Shown here piece after piece: positions 44,242 to 55,949 of a DNA stretch of 64,000 nt. The stretch comes from the human T2T-CHM13v2.0 reference genome, Homo sapiens. The DNA is taken from the NCBI RefSeq assembly GCF_009914755.1, contig NC_060933.1. The stretch is one strand, 5' to 3'. The translations under genes and the position numbers were made by a program. How positions within the stretch are numbered: the stretch's first letter is position 1; every line of letters begins with the position of its first letter. The notes under the pieces were generated by a model. That model made no database searches and had not been told where the DNA came from. It was given only the letters and a program-made list of their open reading frames with translations.

Positions 44242-46177
44242 GCCTCTGCCTCTGCCTCTGCCTCTGCCTCTCCCTCTCCCCATGGTCTCCCTCTCCCTCT
44301 CTTTCCTCCGTCTCCCTCTGATGCCCAGCCGAAGCTGGACTGTACTGCTGCCATCTCGGCTCACTGCAACCTCCCTGCCTGATTCTCCTGCCTCAGCCTG
44401 CCGAGTGCCTGCGATTGCAGGCGCCCGCCGCCACGCCGGACTGGTTTTCGTATTTTTTTGGTGGAGACGGGGTTTCGCTGTGTTGGCCGGGCTGGTCTCC
44501 AGCTCCTAACCGCGAGTGATCCGCCAGCCTCGGCCTCCCGAGGTGCCGGGATTGCAGACGGAGTCTGGTTCACTCAGTGCTCAATGGTGCCCAGGCTGGA
44601 GTGCAGTGGCGTGGTCTCAGCTCACTACAACCTCCACCTCCCAGCAGCCTGCCTTGGCCTCCCAAAGTGCCAAGAGTGCAGCCTCTGCCCGGCCGCCACC
44701 CCATCCGGGAAGTGAGGAGTGTCTCTGCCTGGCTGCCCATCGTCTGGGACGTGAGGAGCCCCTCTGCCTGGCTGCCCAGTCTGGAAAGTGAGGAGCGTCT
44801 CTGCCCGGCCACCATCCCATCTAGGAAGTGAGGAGCGTCTCTGTCCGGCCGCCCATCGTCTGAGATGTGGGGAGCGCCTCTGCCCCGCTGCCCCGTCTGG
44901 GATGTGAGGAGTGCCTCTGCCCGGTCGTGACCCCATCTGGGAGGTGAGGAGCGTCTCTGCCCAGCCGCCCCGTCTGAGAAGTGAGGAGACCCTCCGCCTG
45001 GCAACCGCCCCGTCTAAGAAGTGAGGAGCCCCTCCGCCCAGCAGCCGCCCCATCTGAGAAGTGAGAAGCCCCTCCACCCGGCAGCCACCCCGTCTGGGAA
45101 GTGAGGAGCGTCTCCGCCCGGCAGCCACCCTGTCCGGGAGGGAGGTGGGTGTCAGCCCCCCACCCGGCCAGCCGCCCCGTCTGGGAGGGAGGTGGGGGGG
45201 TCAGCCCCCCGCCCGGCCAGCCGCCCCATCCGGGAGGGAGGTGGGGGGGTCAGCCCCCCACCCGGCCAGCCACCCCGTCCGGGAGGTGAGGGGTGCCTCT
45301 GCCCAGCCGCCCCTACTGGGAAGTGAGGAGCCCCTCTGCCCGGCCAGCCACCCCATCCGGGAGGTAGGTGGGGGGGTCAGCCCCCCGCCCTGCCAGCCGC
45401 CCCGTCCGGGACGGAGGTGGGGGTATCAGCCCCCCGCCCGGCCAGCTGCCCTTTCCGGGAGGGAGGTGGGGGGTCAGCCCCCTGCCCAGCCAGCCGCCCT
45501 GTCTGGGAGGGAGGTGGGGGGTCAGCCCCCCGCCCGGCCAGCCGCCCCGTCTGGGAGGCAAGGGGCGCCTCTGCCCGGCCGCCCCTACTGGAAAGTGAGG
45601 AGCCCCTCTGCCTGGCCAGCCGCCCCGTCTGGGAGGTGTACCCAACAGCTGAGAACGGGCCATGATGACAATGGCGGTTTTGTGGAGTGGAAAGGGGGGA
45701 AAGGTGGGGAAAAGATTGAGAAATCGGATGGTTGCCGTGTCTGTGTAGAAAGAGGTAGACATGGGAGATTTTTCATTTTGTTCTGTACTAAGAAAAATTC
45801 TTCTGCCTTGGGATTCTGTTGATCTGTGACCTTACCCCCAACCCTGTGCTCTCTGAAACATGTGCTGTGTCCACTCAGGGTTAAATGGATTAAGGGCGGT
45901 GCAAGATGTGCTTTGTTAAACAGATGCTTGAAGGCAGCATGCTCGTTAAGAGTCATCACCACTCCCTAATCTCAAGTACCCAGGGACACAAACACTGTGG
46001 AAGGCCGCAGGGTCCTCTGCCTAGGAAAACCAGAGACCTTTGTTCACTTGTTTATCTGCTGACCTTCCCTCCACTATTGTCCTATGACCCTGCCAAATCC
46101 CCCTCTGCGAGAAACACCCAAGAATGATCAATAAAAAAATAAATAAATAAATAAATAAAAATTAAAAAAAAAAAAAA
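44242..46177 (+). mobile_element. Full-length SVA (SVA_C/D-like)
   Basis: Hexamer head (GCCTCT)5 CCCTCT, Alu-like domain, GC-rich VNTR ~44680-45635, SINE-R, AATAAA at 46130 and A-tail; probable TSD AGAGGATCT (44233-44241) / AGAAGATCT (46178-46186). Confidence 0.97.
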
Positions 46178-49100
46178 AGAAGATCTATGAAGATTGCCAT
46201 TTCTTTTCCAGCCTTGAGTTATGCCATACTACCAGTGCCTGAAAGCCATGGACTGTATATCAAAACCAGTCTGGGATGAAAAAAGGGAATGTTTTAATGC
46301 AGAAAAGTAGGCGACTTCTTATGTCCCACCATATCTGACCTCTTGATTAAATCATGGAGCTAATAGCCATTGTTTGCAAATATGATATTTTCTAAAAGCT
46401 CTTATTTCTTTACCCCTTTTATTCAGTTCCAGGTAAACTTAAACTTAAATATATATCACTCTAAAGACTTTTAAGTACATTCCATTCTCTAGCTGTATAA
46501 TCATTTTCCTTATTTTCACAGATAAAAATTATTTTTAGCCAATTTGGTTTGGTTTCTACATTTTTTTATCAGCTAGAATACAGTTTTGGCTCATACTTTT
46601 TTTCTTTTATTGTTCTCTTATATTTTCCTGAATGAAATTTTATGTTTTCTTGTGAATCATGGCTCCAAGTTACAGCATTTATACTTTATGTTCACAATGT
46701 TTAAGATTGTATACTGTGCACAAAACTTTCTGTAAACAAATTTTGTGTAATACTTAACAAAATTGGCTAAACCATGAGGGCTGGTAATTTGTTGATGGCC
46801 CTTAAACATAATTCTGGCAATTGTCATCACAAATTCTATATTACTTTAATCTTTGTGAGGATACATTTCTATCTGAACAACTCAGATAATTAATCCAACT
46901 CTGTACACAAGAGAAAGTTTGGTTGATGTAACAAAGTTTTTACATTTATAAATATAGCTCAAACATATTTGAGGCTTACCTATTTCTCTAGATCTGCAGT
47001 TCTCAAGACCAGGTTTGATGATGATTTATTACAAAATATATCAAAAGTCAGAAACATGTGAGAAATTTAAAAAGCTCTGGGCTTTCACTTAGATATGGCC
47101 TTTTTCCTTCCTGGTTCTTCTCATGCTCCTTTTATAAAAACATCTAAATAAAACATCAGATTGCTTCCCGCCTAACCTGTAGGCCCCAAGCCGATTAATC
47201 CCATTCCTATTCTATTCCTTTTACAATATGTAGTGTCAGCTCCTTTGTTAATGGCCAGCTGAAAAGCAGTGATGAGAAGTAGAAAAGGGGAAGATTTGCT
47301 TTCATTCATCTCTGGAAAAGGAGAGTTGTTTATGCAGAAAAAAATGGTGAGCTCTGCAATTCTCCAGTTTCTTTGGAATTCTATCATTATGCCTGCCTAA
47401 AGCAAACACTATTTAATAAAATTTACCTTTATTGAGACCCATTTTTAAATGGGCAAACTTGTCCAGAGGGACACTTTCAGCACATGGCCCCAAAGAACAC
47501 CTCTGTCCTCTCTACTATTCCTTTCACTGCAGCTTTGCACTGGATGTGTGCTGTCACATTAATAGAGAACATCAAATCTAATAGAGACGTGCTGGGGTTC
47601 TGCAGAGTGTGAATTATTAACTCGGATATATGGGAGAGTATTAAATGAACCTGGGAGGCAGAAGGCATTGTTTAATGCTCTGTTTGTATCTGATTCTTTT
47701 CTGTTTTCATACACCGATGGAAACCAGGTAAGAATGCTAACAAGAAATTTCAAGTAGATAAGAGAGAATTTTAAACTGTTGCCATCAGTCTCGGCTTCTG
47801 TCAGCATGTGAAGTAAACAACTTCAAATGAATTAGACAACAATGAGAGAGACAAAGGATATGGCAGACAGAGAAGTCAATTTCAATGTTATTCCTCCACA
47901 GTCATTACCAAGGCTCAATTAACTAAGTCTTAAATTCAAGTGAGACAGAGGTCCAAAGCTCCCTTTTATTTCTGTACCACTTGATAAGAAATCTGAGGGC
48001 ATATTAGAGAAACCACCTGAAAAATACTGACCAATTTTTTTTATCACATCACTTTTCTTCTGAAATACAGACTTCTTTATAAATATCTCATTCTTATGAT
48101 AAAATAGAGACTAAACTAGAACAACACAGAAAAGAGCATTCTTACTAAGAAAATTAGGGCCAGTCTGGGTATTTTAATTGAAAATTTGCATAAACCAAGG
48201 GTTCAGGAAAGTAATTCACATATATCTTAAATATCTTAAACATTTTATCTTAAAACATAACAAAATGTACATGTGTTTGCCAGGCTTTTGATATAGAGCC
48301 AAGACTTTTTTTTTTTTCTTTTATATTATGGGTCCACCCATAATATATGGTCCATGATTTTCAGAATCCTAGATCAGCTCTTTGAAGTGGATAAAGATTC
48401 AAAGGCACTTAGCGAAGGGTAGTTCACAGTCATTATAATGAGTAAGGCAACTATTCTAATTGGTACTACTCATGCCCTGCTAGTAGTTAAATATTTTTAA
48501 CAGCACCTTTGTTTGTAAAGCAATGTGAAGAAATAATTTCTTTAGATTTGTAGAATTTTTTTTCTCAAATATTCCATAAATGACTTACCTACCTTTAATT
48601 TAACTGAAGTGTTAGCAAATTAGCTTTACTGAGTCTTCAGAATAGTTAACCTATTTTTATAGAAGCAGCTCTCTCTCTCTCCACTTCCACTTAATTCATT
48701 TTTGAAATAGTTAGTTTAGTAATATGAGTACAATAATAAGTACAATCATCAGTAAAAGCTTGAGAATAAACAACTGGCTCTTGATAAATATGCAATTAAA
48801 CTTTAGAAGTATATTACTGTCCTAGAAAGTACCTGTAAGATGCAAGCACTCAGTGAGTCATAGACCATAGTCAACAGATATCATAGAAGGATTGGAAAAC
48901 ATCAATTAGTCCAGTAGACCAGTTACCTGGAAGTTAATTAAGACAGCATACACTTTATTGCCATATTCATAATTACAAAGACAAAAGTATATGCATACCA
49001 TCATATCCAGGCACATAATAAAAGTATGTGTAATATAAATCACTTACAATAGAAAAATCAAAGAATGTGCTTATCTTGCCCCCTTTACTGCATTCTTACA

Positions 49101-49274
49101 CCCATGACCTGTTGCTGAAAAGAACTCTCCAGATACAAGGATCTGCTCTTCTTAGAAGTTGTGGGGGCTAAAAATAAATACTTTTATTTCTGCTGCAAAT
49201 TACATTTTTTTCTAGCCATATACCATCTACCTGGGTATATAGTGAAAATCCACAACCTTGAAAAGTTAGGGTGT

Positions 49275-50365
49275 TGTATTTCTTCTATTGCTCCATAACA
49301 TATTACAGAAACATTAACTGATTGCATTGCACAATTATATTATCTCACAGATTCTGTAGGTCAGATCTGGGCAAGACATGGCTGGATTATCTGCTCAGGA
49401 TCTCTGCAGGTGTTATGGGTAGAATTGTGTTCTCCAAAAATATTTATTGAAATCATAACCACTTGTAACTATGAATGTGATCTTATTTGGAAATAGAGTC
49501 TTTACATGTAATCAAGTTAAGAAGAGGTCACTAGGATGCACCCTAATCCAATATGCCTGGTATCCTTATAAGAAAAAGAAAAAGCCATGTAAAGACAGGA
49601 ACTCATAGGAAGAATACCACGTAATGACAGAGGCAGAGATGGGAGTGATGCAGCTGCAAGACAAGGAGTGATAAGGATTGGTATTCACCACTAGAAGCTA
49701 GAAAGAAGCAAGGCAGGATTCTGCCCAGACTCTCAGAAGGATCACGGCACTTGGGTTTTAGCCTCCTAGTCTCTGGAATTGTGAGAGAATAAATTACTGA
49801 TTTTTAAAGTTTCCTAGTTTTTGGTACTTTTTAACAGCAACTCCAGGAAATTAATTCAGCAGGCTGAAATCAAGGTGTTGGTGGACCTGTGCTTCTCATG
49901 TGAAGCTCACAGTCCTCTTCCAAAATCACTGGCTGCTGGCACAATTCAGTTCCTTGAAACCACAGGGACTGAGGTCTCCATGGTCTTGCTGACTCTTGGC
50001 TGGGGATTGCTATCAGTCCATAGATGCCTCTCACAGTTCTTTGAAATATGGTCATCACAAACAGTTGACAACATAGATGTTAGCTTTCTTTTAGCCCTGC
50101 TAGATCGCTTCTCTTTGACTTTCTCTCCCTCTCAAGCAGAGTAAGCTCTGCTTTTGAAGGACTCATGTCCTTCAAAAGGTAAGGCCCAGCTGAATCAGAT
50201 AGTCTCTCTGTTTTAAGAGTAACTGATTTGGACCTTAATTACAGATACAAAATGCCTTAAGAGCAATAGCTAGATTAGTACTTGAATGAATAACTGGGGG
50301 AAAATATGAGTACTTCAGGGGCTGAGAATTTGGGAGGAGGGTATCTTAGAATTCTTCCCACTACA
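49275..50365 (-). mobile_element. MLT1E-like MaLR LTR interrupted by MLT1B/C
   Basis: tgtatttcttctattgctccataac...; resumes gcaggctgaaatcaaggtgttgg...ttagaattcttcccactaca. Confidence 0.8.
49411..49858 (+). mobile_element. MLT1B/C LTR nested in MLT1E
   Basis: tgttatgggtagaattgtg...gtgagagaataaatt...aattca; perfect 5-bp TSD GCAGG at 49406-49410 and 49859-49863. Confidence 0.88.
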
Positions 50366-50519
50366 AGTATATTTTGATTTTTTAGGATTTCTGATAGATC
50401 CTGAAAGAAATCACTAGGAATTACTCAAATAACCATTTTATTTTAGTTCTCTATAACCACAGCTGACATTGTTTCTAATGTCAACATATTTAGCCCATTT
50501 AACATAAGAACTACCCTAG

Positions 50520-50662
50520 TGATATGGACAGGAGGCAGGGAAATATTGGGTATAAGAGGGCAAGGCCGCTGGCGAGGGCTCCCACACACCCTGGGCCTGC
50601 AGCCCAAAGTGAGAGCTATCCCCATTTGCCCACCCAAATGTTGCCTTTTGGCCCTCCCTACC
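50520..50662 (+). mobile_element. 5' fragment of an ERV1 LTR (LTR1/LTR27 group)
   Basis: tgatatggacaggaggcagggaaatattgggtataagagggc; same family group as 30337-31173; truncated. Confidence 0.7.
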
Positions 50663-50841
50663 AGCTATTACGTTCGGTGCATACGGATTATAATTATACC
50701 CAAATGTAACATTGGCCTCTAAATTCTAGGTTTGGTAACTGAGTCTTTATTAATGATTGGTTTTCCTATATAATCTACTGAAATAGCATAAAATAAAATA
50801 GAACATAATAGCTGGTAATATATCAGACAGGCCTTATAGGG

Positions 50842-51020
50842 AGGTGGTTCTCAAAGTGTAATTCCTTGGACTGGCAGCATCAGCATTACCCGAGAAATTG
50901 TTAGAAATAAAAACAATAAGGCCCTGACTCAGACCTATTGAATCAGAAACTTTGAGGGTGAAACACACCCAGAGATACAAGTTTTAACAAATACTCCAGG
51001 TGATAGTTTGACAACCACTG
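50842..51020. mobile_element. MER5A
   Basis: gtggttctcaaagtgt...gcagcatcagcattacc...gaatcagaaactttg...tttgacaaccactg. Confidence 0.85.
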
Positions 51021-53256
51021 CTATAGAGGACCCTATTATTGCTATAATCTCAATGCCTGCTGCTACTCACATCCCACTAGGGTCATGTTAAACAATCTCT
51101 ACTGCAATCAAAATCTTTGTATGCCCATTTTATGTTACATACATTTCATTCTTTACAATCGTCTGTTTCCCTGCAGGTTTTCTTTCCTCTGGAATGTAGA
51201 TATGACGTTGTTTATAAAAAGAACCTACTTAAAATACTATGGTTAAATGGTATTTTTGCAAACTTCAATAATAACAACATTTAATAATTTGAAGATCCAG
51301 AATTTCTGATCACATGAATGTCTTATTCTGTTCTCTTAAAAGAACATGTGCAAGCGAATGCTTTTCAAGAGAATAATGGAAATACTTTCCATAAGTAAAT
51401 CCATGCATAAATAGCATAGGATTTCTAACGTGCTTTCACTTGTGCATTGGCACAGATTTGTTGCTATACTTCTGCAAAGATGGAGACTATTGCAATAAAA
51501 TATATTCTACCAGAACCTAAAGCAGCTCATATCACCATAGTGTCTTATGGACCCATTAATTATAAGGAAAAAAAAGGGTAGAAGATAAAATGTGTATGGG
51601 ACATAAATGTTTAACCACCACATAGAGTCTGAATAATTAATGGAATGATACCCTTTAGTGCAGAGCCTCATATCTTTAAAATATAGAGGAATATAAGTGC
51701 ACTATTTCAATATTTAAGTCAAAGTAAGTGATGTAGCTTCTGCATATGAAATATACATCTGGGCAATGGACTGAACAAATGCTTCATAATAATAAAATGA
51801 CTTTTAAATGTGAATTGGTCTCATAAGGTATGAGGATTTCCCTAACCAACACAATTTATTCAGAGTAAGATTAGTAAAGACAATTTTTGAGGCTATAACA
51901 TTCATTACCTCCACATTTTATAATATTGCTAGTTCAGTGTGTCTGAAGTGGTCCAGTGTGTTTAGACTGAACTTTTATCATGTCTAAACAGCTTAACTGA
52001 TAGTTACTTGATAACTATTTTATGAAGCAGTTTTTAATAATGCTTTCATATTTCTGGTTTATGATGCCATTAAAGTCATCATTTGTCACATTAGCAATAG
52101 AGAGATTCTTAAACATATCCCCAGCAGCAATTCAGGATGGCTTTTAATGTCAGCATAAATTCCTGTATTACTAAACTAGATATTTGAAATATTAACAGTG
52201 TTGTTTGCAATTTCAAAATATATATGACAACGTAAGTGTATAACACAGATCCCTTAAATTTGGTGGAGACTGATTAGGAAACTAAAAACAATGATACTAA
52301 AATAGGTTGGCTTGACCTTGTGATATGATTTAACGGCAAAGAAAAAAAATCCCTTTAGTTGTGAAATGGATCAGTGAAGTTTCTGCTATTGAATTCTTTA
52401 TTGTCCATACTCTAAGGAATTTAAAATGGAGAGAGAAGGAGAAAAATGTATCTAAGTTGTTCAGAATGCTATTTTATAATGAATCCATCTGAGTTCAAAC
52501 TCATGGAAATAGTCCCCAATTCTTTTTTGGAAGTTAAAACACTGCATGGCATGCTTTTGTCCCCCCACTCACATTGCATCCCGACATGGGGAAAATTTCT
52601 AGAGGGCCATGGATGAGGCTCCAGAGCTCTAAAATTAGACTGGACCAGCTGTGCATAGTTGGTTTGCTGCCGCAGGCTTGTGTGCATATATAACACCATC
52701 CCATTTCACTGTCAGATGCTCGGGTTCTTGGAAACACAAGGAGTACTAATGTCCATGAACCCCCTGCTGGGCTGCTTTGGAAACATGCTTGACACAATGT
52801 ATGGCTCTGCTCTGTGTCTGCTACATCATTAGATAAGAGGAGAAGGGTTTCTTTTTGTCCTTCATGGGTGTGTGAGGACAGCATATCTCATCTTCTAAGA
52901 AGAGTTTCTCTTCCCGGAGGGTTAGTTAGCTCTTATATTTCATAGTTAGATAATAAGAGCTACCTCAGAGGCCAATTCATGTGCTTATGACTACAAGATA
53001 GGATTGTGTTTGTAAAACGGAGACACTAATAGAAAAGTACTTTTGTTAAGAAGATGGATTACAGTGGAACTCCACTCTCCATTCCTGAACTGTGGAGTAC
53101 CTTTCTACTGCTCTTGGAACTTCTCTCATTCAAGTAATAGAATAAAAAGAGCACTGCCATTGAAAACAGAAAGCTCTTGTTTCCAAATCCAGTCATGCCC
53201 CTTAGTAGTTATGTGACAAACTTGTAATCTTACAGAAGCTCATTCTCTTCATTTTT

Positions 53257-53565
53257 TTTACTATGAAAATATATTTTTATTTTACTTTAAATTCTGGGAT
53301 ACATGTGCAGAATGTGCAGGTTTGTTACACAGGTATACATGTGCCATGGTGGTTTGCTGCACCTATCAACCCGTCATCTAGGTTTTAAGCCCTGCATGCA
53401 TCAGGTATTTGTCCTAATGCTCTCCCTTCCCTTGCTCCCACCCCCTACAGGTCCTGATGTGTGATGTTCCCCTCCCTGTGTCCATGTGTTCTCATTTTCA
53501 ACTCTCACTTATGAGTGAGAACATGCAATGTTTGGTTTTCTGTTCCTCTGTTAGTTTGCTGAGAA
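53257..53565 (-). mobile_element. Short 5'-truncated L1PA (L1PA7/8-like) 3'UTR inserted in a MIR
   Basis: L1PA 3'UTR sequence; TSD TCTTCATTTTT at 53246-53256 and 53566-53576. Confidence 0.92.
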
Positions 53566-53938
53566 TCTTCATTTTTATAATTACAGATAACGCCTGTTTT
53601 ATCTACTGAAAACAGTTGTAAAAATTATTGGGAACATAAGATAACTATAAACAGGGTTATAAATTAAACCATACTTGACATTTCAAAATGTTGGTTTATT
53701 AGTACAGTTATTTTACTTTGAAATTAACTTTGTCAATTGTAGAAAATTGTTCTATATGGCACCATTATTAAAACTTTTTTAAGTGTCTTTTGTGATATGA
53801 CATGAAGACAGAGTGTCACAGTCAAAAATTTTATGCCCAACTATACTGAGTTATTCCTTAGTCTGAATGTGCTGCTTTGTAATAAACTGTTGACTGTGTC
53901 ACTGACTGTGGCACTGTTCACTGTAATGAACTGTTGAC

Positions 53939-54195
53939 TGACTCCATTTTGATTTGGCAACTTTCATATTTCCCCCTTTTGATCAAGATCTTTGTTTGAA
54001 AACATCATTGATCAATCATCCTGTAGTTAGGCTTTGATTGTCTCTAGGTGCCAGGATAGATGTGTTCTAGCTTGTTCGTCTAGTCCCACATTGGAGAAAG
54101 TAATTTCAGGCACATTTGAGCAACAAGGGACGATTGAAGGGAGTACATCTCAGCCTAAGTCTACCTAGAGTCCATTTTTAAGTTTAATTTTAAGT
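53939..54195 (-). mobile_element. ERV1 (MER4-group) internal/3'LTR junction fragment
   Basis: Paralogous to 56713-56970; includes polypurine tract (ttcccccttttg) and ~30 bp of LTR. Confidence 0.75.
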
Positions 54196-54344
54196 GAATG
54201 GACTATGACATTTCTATGGAAGAAGTAATTTACCCACTGGAAATTCATCATAATTTTCAAGGGCATAAGATGTGCCCTAGCTCCAGACGTTGACTAGGTC
54301 CATGAGGAGCAGTGCATTCATGGCTAAAAGACCAAGTAACAACA

Positions 54345-54809
54345 GAGAGAGTGAGAGAGAGAAGGAGGGAGAGAAAGATTTATTACAAGAAATTGGCTCT
54401 CCTTATTATGGAGGCTGACAAATCACACCATCTGCATTTGGCAAGTTGGCGACCCAGGAGAGTTGATATGTAGTTCCAGTCTGAAAGCTGGTAGGCTCAA
54501 GATCCAAGAAGAGCTGATGCTTTAGTATTAGTCTTAAGGCTGGAAAAGGCTAGTGTCCTAGCTCAAAACAACCTGGCAGGAGGAATTCCCTCTCATTCAC
54601 AGTAGGATAAGCCTTTTTGATCTATTCAGGCCTTCAACTGTTTGGATGAGGGCCATCCACATTAGAGAGGCAATCTGTTTTTTTCAGTCTACAGATTCAA
54701 TGATAATCTCATTTAAAGCACCTTCATACACACTCCCAGAATAATGTTTGACAAAAAATATGAGTGCTCCATGGCCCAGTCAAGTTGACTCATAAAATTA
54801 ACTATCACA
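54345..54809 (-). mobile_element. MLT2 (ERVL) LTR, MLT2B/C-like
   Basis: gatttattacaagaaattggctc...attcaggccttcaactg...ggcccagtcaagttgactcataaaattaactatcaca. Confidence 0.88.
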
Positions 54810-55686
54810 CCACCTGAACTCATAGATGATAGAAAATCCCTTGTCAAATCCAGATACTCCTTGGTGGATCTGTGCCTAATCCTCCAAGTAGAGTGGGGCC
54901 TGTCTTAATCAATGAAGGTAATTTAAGACCTAGTTAACTGATCCCAAAGCAGCAAGATTAGGAAACAAGTAGATGGATAATTTCACAGGGTTCAGGACAA
55001 AAACCTTCTGTTGGAACAAGAGTTAGGTTGAAGGATTTTGGGCTGCATCTGTCTCCATTTGTCCTGAATCTTGTAAGCTATGGCTTCTCTAACTTTGGAG
55101 CCTGTACCAATTCCCTTTCCTTTGCTAAATTCATTGACTAGAGGGTGAGAACATTAGCTGGATTCTGCCCAGTCCTCTTCTCCTGCCATGACTTACATTG
55201 CCTCACTTCCCCCTCCCCTTCAGCTTGCAAATTAATTCAACTCTGCTTCCCACTTGCTTACAAACTTCTGCTTAAACTATACTGATCTAGCTTGGGTATT
55301 TTGTCTCTCTTTCATTGCATATCCTTTAAGTTTACCTTACATTTTCTGAGGGAATCACACTCAAAATTTTTACTTTATCACATATATCTAGCAAAATATA
55401 CCCTCTGTTTTATCTGGAAGGCAGGAATCTTCCTAGTTTATTAGCATGAATTTTCTTTTTGATCCATGATTAAGCTGTCCATATAAGAGTATATTTGGAA
55501 GACCTGTTATATAAGTTGAACAATTCTTACTAGATATGACAATGAAAACTTTATCAAATGCCATACTAAAGGCAACAATTTAACTCAAGTTGTACTTATT
55601 TACTAATACATTAAAAGTCTAATTCTGAGATTTGAACAGCATTACTATTCTGTGAAACATATAAAGAAAATTGCTGTATACATGGT

Positions 55687-55691
55687 GATAG

Positions 55692-55736
<45 letters not shown>
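55687..55736. repeat. (GATA)n STR
   Basis: Direct reading. Confidence 0.95.
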
Positions 55737-55738
<2 letters not shown>

Positions 55739-55949
55739 GTCTGTACACATGCATGTGCATATTGTTTTGTACTGAGGAAAAATAACCTGATCAACATTTT
55801 CTATCTTTATAAAAAGAAACGATAACATTCTGACTATTCATATTTCAATGTAGAGTGGAAAAACTGAATAAATAAAAACTAGTAATGTAGTATGTATTAG
55901 TTTTCCATAGCTGATGTATCATATTACAACAAAATTAGTAACTTAAAAC

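Noticed and set aside
45061-45822. 253-aa Pro/Gly-rich ORF and overlapping ORFs
   Set aside because: Arise from the stop-poor GC-rich SVA VNTR; not a gene.
53257-53565. Possible displaced 3' end of the L1PA at 10602-17022
   Set aside because: It has its own TSD (TCTTCATTTTT), so it is an independent truncated insertion.
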